A stretch of DNA of 64,000 nt, taken from positions 1,696,001-1,760,000 of the forward strand of contig CBDCWC010000003.1 of the NCBI GenBank assembly GCA_965223295.1, in the 5' to 3' direction. Position 1 is the stretch's first letter. Each line of letters begins with the position of its first letter. The translations under genes were made by a program, and so were the position numbers. The notes beneath the pieces were generated by a model. It was given only the letters and a program-made list of their open reading frames with translations, did no database searches and was not told the DNA's origin. Of the stretch, positions 40,334 through 48,270 are shown one piece after another. This DNA comes from Nitrospirales bacterium (GTDB taxonomy: Bacteria; Nitrospirota; Nitrospiria; Nitrospirales; UBA8639).

Positions 40334-40349
40334 TGGCATCTCCATTGCT
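40334..40349 (+). promoter_or_regulatory. sigma-54 promoter of the repeat-protein operon
   Basis: TGGCATCTCCATTGCT. Confidence 0.72.
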
Positions 40350-40483
40350 CTATTAAAAAAACATGAAGCAACACGGAAGACAGAACACAAAGAACCAAAC
40401 ATGTTTATTAACTTTGTCGATTGATTCAGGAAAGTCTATTGGCAAAGAGGACAACAAGTCCATTGAGACATAAGGAGGTCATC

Positions 40484-41233
40484 ATGACAAGCGCTAAAAA
40501 CAGTCAACTCATCATCGTCATGCTTGCAAGCCTACTCCACATGGGTGCGACCCTAGGATTGGCCGCATCGGGTATGGATGGAGAGATTTCTAATACCTAC
40601 GAGGGGGACCAGGTGACTAATAGCGGACAGAGCGAGCAAGGGCAGGCCAACGTGGGATCTATCGTCATCTCGGGTAGTACGGTCAAAGGAAAAATTACGA
40701 ACAACGCCGTCATCAAGAATTCCCAAAATCGAGCTGATGGGAAAGGGGCTAAGGCCAATCTGGGCACGATTAATCTGGAGGGCAGCACCTTTCAAGGCAC
40801 GCTCAATAACACAAGTGTCGTGGACGGAGCGCAGAACATGTCTAAAGGGGACAATGCCCAGGCCAACATGGGTGCCGTGAGCCTTGAACACAGCAATGTC
40901 ACCGGCCAGATTTCGAACAACGTCAAAGTGAAAAACGGCGCACAAAACATTGCAGATGGGAATAACGCGACAGCCAACATGGGATCAGTGAGAGTCAAAA
41001 ACAGCAATTACAAAGGAAAAATTATCAATTCCTGGGAGGGCCTGGACGGAACCAATATGGCGGTTGGGTCGGGCAGTGAAGCCAATACCGGTTCCGTGGT
41101 GATTGAAAGCAACAACGCCCCCACGAACATCATCAACAATATCCAAACCTCTCCAGGTGGGGCGAATGGGCCAGGTGGCAATGTGGCCACCGGTGGCCAA
41201 ACATCCAACATTAATTCAATCGTCATCAAATAA
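40484..41233 (+). CDS. Secreted N/G/S-rich repeat protein R1 (6 repeats of ~36 aa; curlin/Fap-like candidate)
   Basis: TAAGGAGG RBS, signal peptide, repeats N-x-A-x-G-x-x-A-x-A-N-M/L-G-S-I/V; no Cys. Confidence 0.8.
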   Translation: MTSAKNSQLIIVMLASLLHMGATLGLAASGMDGEISNTYEGDQVTNSGQSEQGQANVGSIVISGSTVKGKITNNAVIKNSQNRADGKGAKANLGTINLEGSTFQGTLNNTSVVDGAQNMSKGDNAQANMGAVSLEHSNVTGQISNNVKVKNGAQNIADGNNATANMGSVRVKNSNYKGKIINSWEGLDGTNMAVGSGSEANTGSVVIESNNAPTNIINNIQTSPGGANGPGGNVATGGQTSNINSIVIK

Positions 41234-41321
41234 GATGATGATCACTACAACACAGGAGGCAGTCATGAAACAACATCATCAACTCAATCAACAATCAACA
41301 TTTTTTTCCAAGGAGGGTACC

Positions 41322-42167
41322 ATGAAAACAGTCATCTCATTTGTTGCCACGCTCATGTTAGTTGGCGCGCCAGGCGCGTTTGCTCAATCACAGATTGACG
41401 GCGAAGTCAGAAATAAGGCTGAGATCACTGACTCGACCAACCAAAGCTATGCTGGAGAAAGAGGAGCCGCGAACCAGGGGTCTGTGCACATCAAGAATTC
41501 ACCGGTTGAAAGGGGCGCCCTAATTAAGAATGAGGCTAAGATTAGAAACAGTCATAACTACGCCAATGCAGAAGGCGCGGATGCCAATCAAGGGTCGGCC
41601 CAAGTTCTGTTTGGCGAGGTCTCTGGCACAGTCGACAACTGGGCCGATATTAAGGACAGTTACAACTACGGTGATGGCAGGCATTCAGATGCCAATCAGG
41701 GCTCGATTCAAGTGAAGGATGGTAGTAGCGTGTCGGGCCTGGTCAAAAACCACGCCACGATTAGAGAGAGTGATAACACTGCCAGTGGGAATTATTCGGA
41801 TGCCAATCAGGGCTCGATCCAATTATTCAACAATAGCCGTGTATCTGGCGAGGCCTATAACACAGGTGAGATTAGGAACAGTGAAAATTGGGCAGAAGGC
41901 AACTATTCAGATGCCAACATGGGGTCGATCCAACTGGAGAATGGTGCGGTAGTCGAGCGCGGTGGGAAAATTGACAACAAATTCGACGTGCGGGATAGTC
42001 ACAACCATGCGGCTGCTCGAGATTCCGTGGCCAACATGGGTTCTGTCCGAGTCGAGAATTCGGAAATTACCGGGGCGGTGTACAACGATGCAACGGTGAA
42101 GAATTCCGATAACCATGCCTGGACGCAAGGTTCACGGGCCAACAGTGGCTCTGTCGACATTCACTAA
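41322..42167 (+). CDS. Secreted N/G/S-rich repeat protein R2 (7 repeats of 36-39 aa; candidate major fibre subunit)
   Basis: AAGGAGG RBS, AFA signal cleavage site, repeats S-x-N-x-A-x-G-x-x-S-D-A-N-Q/M-G-S-I-Q; no Cys, one Pro in the mature part. Confidence 0.82.
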   Translation: MKTVISFVATLMLVGAPGAFAQSQIDGEVRNKAEITDSTNQSYAGERGAANQGSVHIKNSPVERGALIKNEAKIRNSHNYANAEGADANQGSAQVLFGEVSGTVDNWADIKDSYNYGDGRHSDANQGSIQVKDGSSVSGLVKNHATIRESDNTASGNYSDANQGSIQLFNNSRVSGEAYNTGEIRNSENWAEGNYSDANMGSIQLENGAVVERGGKIDNKFDVRDSHNHAAARDSVANMGSVRVENSEITGAVYNDATVKNSDNHAWTQGSRANSGSVDIH

Positions 42168-42176
42168 TCAGCAATG

Positions 42177-42222
42177 GCACTATCGAATCGGGGACATCTT
42201 CCGATTCGATAGTGCTTTTCTT
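42177..42222 (+). terminator. Strong hairpin/terminator directly after R2
   Basis: 15-bp perfect stem GCACTATCGAATCGG/CCGATTCGATAGTGC followed by TTTTCTT. Confidence 0.8.
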
Positions 42223-42270
42223 GAACTTCGTGTCGTAGAACGCAGAGACAATCAACAAAGGAGCCTGATC

Positions 42271-42591
42271 ATGAATCACAGAGCAACAAATGTTGGAATA
42301 TTGTTGGTTTCAATCTTTCTGATAGGAGCCTCTTTTGGATATGCTGGAGAGCTGGATGACGGAATTTCCAGCTACAATGACGAACCGATTGTGGCGGATG
42401 ATACGGCTCTTGAATCCGACCCCAATCTAAATTTTGTGATTGTAGACGCTATTTCCTCGGCCAGATCGGGCAACGGCAACAGCAATTTCAACGACGGCCA
42501 AGGCGATAACAATCAAAACAGTATTGTGTTTGAAGCGGGGGTTGGGGATATCAACGGCCCAATAACTAACATTGTGATTGAACAACCTTAG
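42271..42591 (+). CDS. Small secreted acidic N/G-rich protein with one partial repeat
   Basis: AAGGAG RBS, signal GYA; C-terminal NQNSIVFEAG..GPITNIVI resembles the R1/R2 repeat. Confidence 0.72.
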   Translation: MNHRATNVGILLVSIFLIGASFGYAGELDDGISSYNDEPIVADDTALESDPNLNFVIVDAISSARSGNGNSNFNDGQGDNNQNSIVFEAGVGDINGPITNIVIEQP

Positions 42592-42651
42592 TTTGACAGT
42601 TCTGAGGGAGTAAGACTGTCAACAATTCATAGAGAAGGAGTAGCGCACATC

Positions 42652-44208
42652 ATGATTGCTTTCAACCCATCAGCCACCACCATTATCGTTCGATTTATAC
42701 GGACTTGGGTTTTTGCTCCCCTGTTGGGCGTAACTTTGGCGGTGTTCGGTATCTCCTGCCAATCAATGGACCCCCGGAATGTAGATGTGGAGCTACCCGA
42801 CACGTTGCCCCAAGCCAAGGTGACATCGTATACCGAAGCGTTGTCACGCTTGGGAGACATGACTCAGATTTATGCCTCAGATATCTTAAAGATTCAGAGT
42901 AATCCGATCCGTGATAATACCGGAGCCTCTGCCCCGCTCGCGACCGGAGGAGAAATTCCTCGTGATATAACGGAAATGATTAAGACTTCTCTCAATTCGA
43001 TTGGTGGGCGAGTGACCTTTATCCCCTATGATCCCGCTTTTGTTCAGAATCAAACGCTGACAGGGTACTCAAATTTTGACAGGAAATTGATTCCTAATTT
43101 AGTCCTCAGCGGAGGGATTACCGAGTTTGATCGTGGACTGATCACCGAAGGGGAAAATACAGATGTCAGTTTGGAATATGAAGTTTCAGGTATTCCGGAT
43201 GCCTTGCCTTCTAAAAACCTAGGTGTTCGCTATGGGGATGAAGTCAAAGCCGGTTTGGCGCGGATTACTTTAGACTTCAATCTTGTAGATTTTCAAACCC
43301 TTTCTGGCATTCCGAAAATCAATGCTGTCAATACCATGGAGGTTAATAAGGCTCTTGGCGAGCGTGAACTTGGTGTGAGTATTTTCGGACAATCCTTTGG
43401 GTTGAAGGGATCTATGAAGAAAGTGCAGGGCCGTCATGCTGCTGTTCGACTGTTGGTGGAACTCAGCATGATTCAGATAGTGGGAAAATATTTGGCTGTT
43501 CCCTATTGGCGGTTATTGGGAGATGATGCGAACCCTGACCCGGTGGTTCTCCAAGCGGTAGCGAGCTACTATTCTTCTCTCTCGAACGAGAAGGTGAATA
43601 ATACGATTCAACAATGGCTCGCGGTATATGGTTATGACATGGACTTAGATGATGAGCTGGATGAGGCGACGAAGACAGCGTTGGCGGAAATCGATCCTGA
43701 ATTTAACCTTGATACTTCTTCGGTTAGCCTTGAGACCTTTACCAAGGTCTATCTGAATATCCCCTTGACACTTCAAGCTTTTCAGAATCGGCAAGTTCTG
43801 GCGCAGCGCCTCCGAGCGAAGGCTGAAAAAACCCGATTGGCTTCGGGAACATCTGAAGTCCCTCGTGAGACGCCAGGCCCTGTTCCGGCAGGGACAGAAA
43901 TGCCAGTGGCCTCGGATCCACCAGCTTCAGGTGAAATCATTGTCACGCAACCAGCTTCCCCGATGCCTCCGGTTGAACCCGTAACCCAGGCGGCGAGCCC
44001 ACCCGTGACGCCGAAGAAACCACAACAGATTGTGTCACCACCGCAACCGAAGACGAACCCGCAACCGTCCGCGAAACCTGAGCGGGCTTTGCAACCAGAC
44101 AAGGATCCGAAGCAGTATGTCGAGAAACAAGCTCCAACACCAGTGGCTCTTCAACCTATTGTTCGAACTGGAATTGGCCGGTTCCTAACTGAGGGAGAAT
44201 GGGAGTGA
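42652..44208 (+). CDS. CsgG/HfaB-like outer-membrane lipoprotein with PG-binding-like helices and Pro-rich tail
   Basis: Lipoprotein Cys (GISC); IRDNTG, TEMIKTSL, LVLSGGITEFD, ITLDFNLVD, HAAVRLLVELSMIQIVG; IQQWLAVYGY..DELDEATKTAL. Confidence 0.7.
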   Translation: MIAFNPSATTIIVRFIRTWVFAPLLGVTLAVFGISCQSMDPRNVDVELPDTLPQAKVTSYTEALSRLGDMTQIYASDILKIQSNPIRDNTGASAPLATGGEIPRDITEMIKTSLNSIGGRVTFIPYDPAFVQNQTLTGYSNFDRKLIPNLVLSGGITEFDRGLITEGENTDVSLEYEVSGIPDALPSKNLGVRYGDEVKAGLARITLDFNLVDFQTLSGIPKINAVNTMEVNKALGERELGVSIFGQSFGLKGSMKKVQGRHAAVRLLVELSMIQIVGKYLAVPYWRLLGDDANPDPVVLQAVASYYSSLSNEKVNNTIQQWLAVYGYDMDLDDELDEATKTALAEIDPEFNLDTSSVSLETFTKVYLNIPLTLQAFQNRQVLAQRLRAKAEKTRLASGTSEVPRETPGPVPAGTEMPVASDPPASGEIIVTQPASPMPPVEPVTQAASPPVTPKKPQQIVSPPQPKTNPQPSAKPERALQPDKDPKQYVEKQAPTPVALQPIVRTGIGRFLTEGEWE

Positions 44209-44540
44209 TGAGTAGGGTTTTTAGAGTAGAACATCTCTGTTTGCTAGCCCTGACTGGAGCGGTTTTCGTTGGATCCGTCATATTCGCGATTGCTGGAAAC
44301 AAGGAAATGGTGAAGGAGACAGTTCAGGAACTGGACGAACTTAACATACAGGCCGTTGAACAAATTCCTGATCTTCCAAAAGATGGCACCGTCAATCTAA
44401 AAGCTGATGTGACGTATGAGAATGGTGCTCCCATTTTCGATATTTACGAAGAACATGTGACACCGGAAAAAGTTGAAGATATTCCTTTAGACCAAGATTA
44501 CACAATTGATTTACAGACAAAGGGAAGGAAAAAACAATGA
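44199..44540 (+). CDS. Secreted hypothetical protein
   Basis: Signal peptide; overlaps neighbours in the operon. Confidence 0.7.
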   Translation: MGVMSRVFRVEHLCLLALTGAVFVGSVIFAIAGNKEMVKETVQELDELNIQAVEQIPDLPKDGTVNLKADVTYENGAPIFDIYEEHVTPEKVEDIPLDQDYTIDLQTKGRKKQ

Positions 44541-45286
44541 ATACTAAGAATTTTTACAAGTTTATCGCTGTTGTTCTCATGGCTGGCGTGCTCGTTCCTC
44601 CTGTTTTTGCCGGGAACAAGAAAATTATGACGATCAGGGCGGCCAAGGTCATGGCAGAACGTGCACTCGTTGAATCTGTATATGGCTTGAAAGTTCGATC
44701 GACCGAAGAAGTGCAGGACCTTGTGGCGGTCAATTTTACTGGAAAAACGGAAACGAAAACCTCAGCTACCATTGGAGGCATTAAATTTGATGAAGTGATC
44801 TATGATGAGAAAAAGGATGTGGCTAAGGCCACGGCTACCTTGCAACTCGATCAACTCACAAATATTGATGGCCAAACATTGGATCTCAAAAACAAAGTAT
44901 TTCGTCGAGTTGCTTTTGCCACTTCCACACCCTCACAAGCCGGTCCACTGAAGGCTCTACGAGCGGCTGAAGTGGATGGGTACAAACAGTTAGTCAAACG
45001 AGTGGTGGGATTCACGTTAGAAAGCCAAACTACCGTCGAAAATTATCTTTTGACATCAGATCTAGTGAAAGCCAAAGCGCTTGCGACGATCTATCTCGCT
45101 GAGGTCGAAGAGTTCGGATGGGATGAATCGGGAGATGCTTTTGTCAAAATGGTCCTGAATGTCAAGGAGGTTGGCGATGTGCTAGGGCAAAAAATTGTTG
45201 GCGAAGATGACCTGATTGTTGTCGAAGGGGCGGGTGCACAAACTGATGATTTTAGCACCCAATCTCAAAGCCAACAGGGACAGTGA
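44537..45286 (+). CDS. Secreted protein with two LPP20/FlgP-like domains
   Basis: RAAKVMAERALVESVYGLKVRS and RAAEVDGYKQLVKRVVGFTLES. Confidence 0.7.
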   Translation: MNTKNFYKFIAVVLMAGVLVPPVFAGNKKIMTIRAAKVMAERALVESVYGLKVRSTEEVQDLVAVNFTGKTETKTSATIGGIKFDEVIYDEKKDVAKATATLQLDQLTNIDGQTLDLKNKVFRRVAFATSTPSQAGPLKALRAAEVDGYKQLVKRVVGFTLESQTTVENYLLTSDLVKAKALATIYLAEVEEFGWDESGDAFVKMVLNVKEVGDVLGQKIVGEDDLIVVEGAGAQTDDFSTQSQSQQGQ

Positions 45287-45648
45287 GGCATGATATGAGC
45301 AATGATCGACACAAAACACACGCCAAGTTTTTGCTTGTTGGGATACTGTTGGGGGTGAGTCTTTTCCTTTTGCTGGGCGCCAAGTCCCAAGATGATGTCG
45401 TCCTGTTGGCGAGCGATCGATATCGTGTTTCCTCATGGGGGGACGTCCATTCACACGGGGCTTTTGTGATCGACTCTCTCACTGGAAAAACCAAGCTAGT
45501 CTATCAGCATTTTTATCAGGCTTCTGGCAACGGAGTAGCAGATGATGAAATGATAGAAGACCAAAAAGGGGTCGAAGCAGGAGATAGCGGTAATGGTCCA
45601 GATTCACATCAAGATCATCTCGGTCTGCCATTCATTAAGATTCCCTAG
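45283..45648 (+). CDS. Membrane-anchored hypothetical protein
   Basis: N-terminal TM; RYRVSSW..AFVIDSLTGKTK. Confidence 0.7.
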   Translation: MRHDMSNDRHKTHAKFLLVGILLGVSLFLLLGAKSQDDVVLLASDRYRVSSWGDVHSHGAFVIDSLTGKTKLVYQHFYQASGNGVADDEMIEDQKGVEAGDSGNGPDSHQDHLGLPFIKIP

Positions 45649-45812
45649 TTGTTTTTGGCATGTTGAAGTAAGAAAGGTGACACGCGGTACCAAGGAAGTG
45701 TCGTACACAAAGCTTGGTATTAAGTAGGGAACGTATGGAAAGAGAAAGGTGAGTTGGAAAGTGTTTTTTTACAGACCTTATAGATATTTCTCTGCGGTCC
45801 TTTGTTAGGAGT

Positions 45813-46559
45813 ATGACAATGATGCGGGCACACTTCTCAGCTCTCTACTTTGTGATAGGGTTTCCTTTTTGTCTGTTGCAGATATGCTCTACACTGGTAT
45901 CTGCGGAAGTAAGGGTGACCCAAACCAGCACCGTCAATTTGTCTCGAGAAGACGATACTGTGTCTTCTTTCACGACGTGCATTGTGGGAAATGGAAAAGA
46001 AGTAACCGAACAACGACGGCTGACAGATTTTTCGGAGATCAAGATTGATGGGGCGTTCACGGTTAATATTGATATTCAACCAGGAAGAAGTCTTATGGTC
46101 ACTGGTGATGAAAACCTTTTGTCTCGCTACGAGACAACAGTTCAGAACGGAAGGTTGTTTGTCAGCACTCATGGTGTTGTGTGTCCAGGAGTACCGCCAA
46201 AAATTCGAATGACCAACGATGTGCTTGCCATTCTCCTTGCTGAGGGGTCTGCTGATATCTCAATCTCTCATCTTGATAACCGGACCTTTGCGGTTCAGTT
46301 AGATGGGGCGAGTGAGCTGCAACTTTCCGGGAAAAGTGAAAAATTTATTGGCCGACTTCGGGGGGGCAATACGTTAAATGCCAGTGAGTTCCAGTCACAG
46401 GAAACGATGATTTCCATTGATGGCGCAGGGGAAGCGTTGGTCCATGCTGAACAAAAACTGGTTGTAGAGATCAAAGGTGTTGGAAACATCCTGTATGGAG
46501 GCCATCCTCACACCATCGAGCAACGAATTTATGGCACAGGTACCATTCAACCTCAATAG
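45813..46559 (+). CDS. DUF2807 / GIN-domain beta-helix protein
   Basis: GNGKEVTEQRRL.DFSEI.I.GAF.V; GDENLL; I.G.GNI.Y.G.P. Confidence 0.9.
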   Translation: MTMMRAHFSALYFVIGFPFCLLQICSTLVSAEVRVTQTSTVNLSREDDTVSSFTTCIVGNGKEVTEQRRLTDFSEIKIDGAFTVNIDIQPGRSLMVTGDENLLSRYETTVQNGRLFVSTHGVVCPGVPPKIRMTNDVLAILLAEGSADISISHLDNRTFAVQLDGASELQLSGKSEKFIGRLRGGNTLNASEFQSQETMISIDGAGEALVHAEQKLVVEIKGVGNILYGGHPHTIEQRIYGTGTIQPQ

Positions 46560-48039
46560 TTTATTCCCCCTCACTTCTGTTTTGACAGGTGTGTTACTCC
46601 TCATGTTCTTGGGAACTCCTTCCGTTGTGCTAGCGGAGAATTCGCTCAAAGAGTCAATTGTCAAGTTGTATACGGTCTTCAATGAGCCTCAGTATCATGA
46701 GCCGTGGGCTATGAAAGGGCAAAGTACTCGCCATGGTTCTGGAAGTATTATTTCTGGACGCCGTATCCTCACGAACGCACATATTGTTAGTGATCGGATG
46801 TTTATTCAAGTCCGACGAGGGGGACAAGCCAAAAAATTTACAGCAGAAGTTGAAGCCGTGAGTCACGAAGCCGACCTGGCGATCGTTCGGGTTAAAGATG
46901 AAGACTTTTTTTTGAATACGACTCCGCTTGAAATCGGTGACCTTCCAGAATTGAAAGATACCGTGAGTGTGTATGGGTTTCCAGATGGAGGCGACAAGTT
47001 CTCAATGACAGAAGGAATTGTCTCAAGAATTGAGCATACCCAATATGTCCATAGCGGAGCGTCCTTGTTGGCGGGGCAAGTAGATGCTTCTATTAATTCG
47101 GGGAGTAGTGGTGGACCTGTTATCAAGGATGGGAAGATTGTTGGTGTCGCGTTTCAAAGCTTGAGAAATGATACCTATGCCAATGTCGGATATATGGTCC
47201 CGGCTCCAGTGATTCAACATTTCCTTGTGGATATGAGTGATGGAAAAATTCATGGGACTCCAACCTTAGGCGTTTCTCTGCAACAAATGGAAAACCCTGA
47301 CATTCGAAAAAGTTTTCATATGCAGCCGGACCATAGTGGTGTATTGGTCAATAAAATCTACCCCGGTTCTCCTGGTGAAGGACTACTGCGTAGGGGTGAT
47401 GTGCTTCTTTCGATTGATGGAATTAATATTGAAAATGATGGGACGGTAGAATTTCGAAAAGGAGAACGGACGTTTTTTTTATATATCATGCAACAGAAAC
47501 AGCTTCATGAGTCGGCTTCAATTACCATCTTGAGAGAAGGGGAAGAGCAGGTTCTTGCCATTCAATTGACCCAACCTGTTGGCTTTGACCGTTTGGTTCC
47601 CCATCGACAATATGACAATCCCCCTACTTATTTGATCATGGGAGGACTCATCTTTGAACCACTTACTTTGAATTACTTAGAAGGCTTCGGACCCAAGTGG
47701 AATCTTGTGGCTCCCGTGGAACAGATGAATTTTTTCATGAAGGGAGAGCCGACCAATGAGCAACGTGAGGTCATTGTACTGGTGAAGGTCTTAGCCGACG
47801 AAATGAATATTGGATATCATACTTCGAAGAATACTATCGTGAGCTCGGTTAATGGGAAAAAGATTTCTCGAATGACGGACCTAATAGATGCGTTTGAATC
47901 CCATGCTGGAAGGTTCCATGTGATTGAAGATAATCATGGATTTCAGATTACCTTGAATAAGTTTAGTGCCGAGGAAGCCCTGCCTCGGATTTTAAAAAAA
48001 TACAAGATCCCGTCCGATCGGTCAGAAAACTTGAAATAA
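46531..48039 (+). CDS. DegP/HtrA-type (Deg2-like) serine protease with two PDZ domains
   Basis: GSGSII, LTNAHIV, DLAIV, DASINSGSSGGP; PDZ region PGSPG..GDVLLSIDG. Confidence 0.92.
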   Translation: MAQVPFNLNSLFPLTSVLTGVLLLMFLGTPSVVLAENSLKESIVKLYTVFNEPQYHEPWAMKGQSTRHGSGSIISGRRILTNAHIVSDRMFIQVRRGGQAKKFTAEVEAVSHEADLAIVRVKDEDFFLNTTPLEIGDLPELKDTVSVYGFPDGGDKFSMTEGIVSRIEHTQYVHSGASLLAGQVDASINSGSSGGPVIKDGKIVGVAFQSLRNDTYANVGYMVPAPVIQHFLVDMSDGKIHGTPTLGVSLQQMENPDIRKSFHMQPDHSGVLVNKIYPGSPGEGLLRRGDVLLSIDGINIENDGTVEFRKGERTFFLYIMQQKQLHESASITILREGEEQVLAIQLTQPVGFDRLVPHRQYDNPPTYLIMGGLIFEPLTLNYLEGFGPKWNLVAPVEQMNFFMKGEPTNEQREVIVLVKVLADEMNIGYHTSKNTIVSSVNGKKISRMTDLIDAFESHAGRFHVIEDNHGFQITLNKFSAEEALPRILKKYKIPSDRSENLK

Positions 48040-48270
48040 GAACATTCTCCGAGCCTATATCTATTCCTGGAAGGGCTGTATGCAGTGTTGGCTTTGTTAA
48101 CTTGGTAGACGCAGAATGTGATGATAGGCGGCTTCGCTAGTCTTTAATACTCACTTCACGACCGGCCTTTTCGATCCTTTCATTGATAATATTTCCCAGA
48201 TGCGCCTATAGTATTAAGAGTCTGGAGCTGTAGGCTCTTGGGACCATACAAGTCATCAATGTGCTAGGGA

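Noticed and set aside
40484-42167. CRISPR array or DNA-level tandem repeat
   Set aside because: Repeats are degenerate at synonymous positions and in frame; they are protein repeats.
40484-42167. YadA-head or ice-nucleation repeats
   Set aside because: Period is ~36 aa rather than 14 or 16, there is no trimeric autotransporter anchor, and no AGYGST motif.
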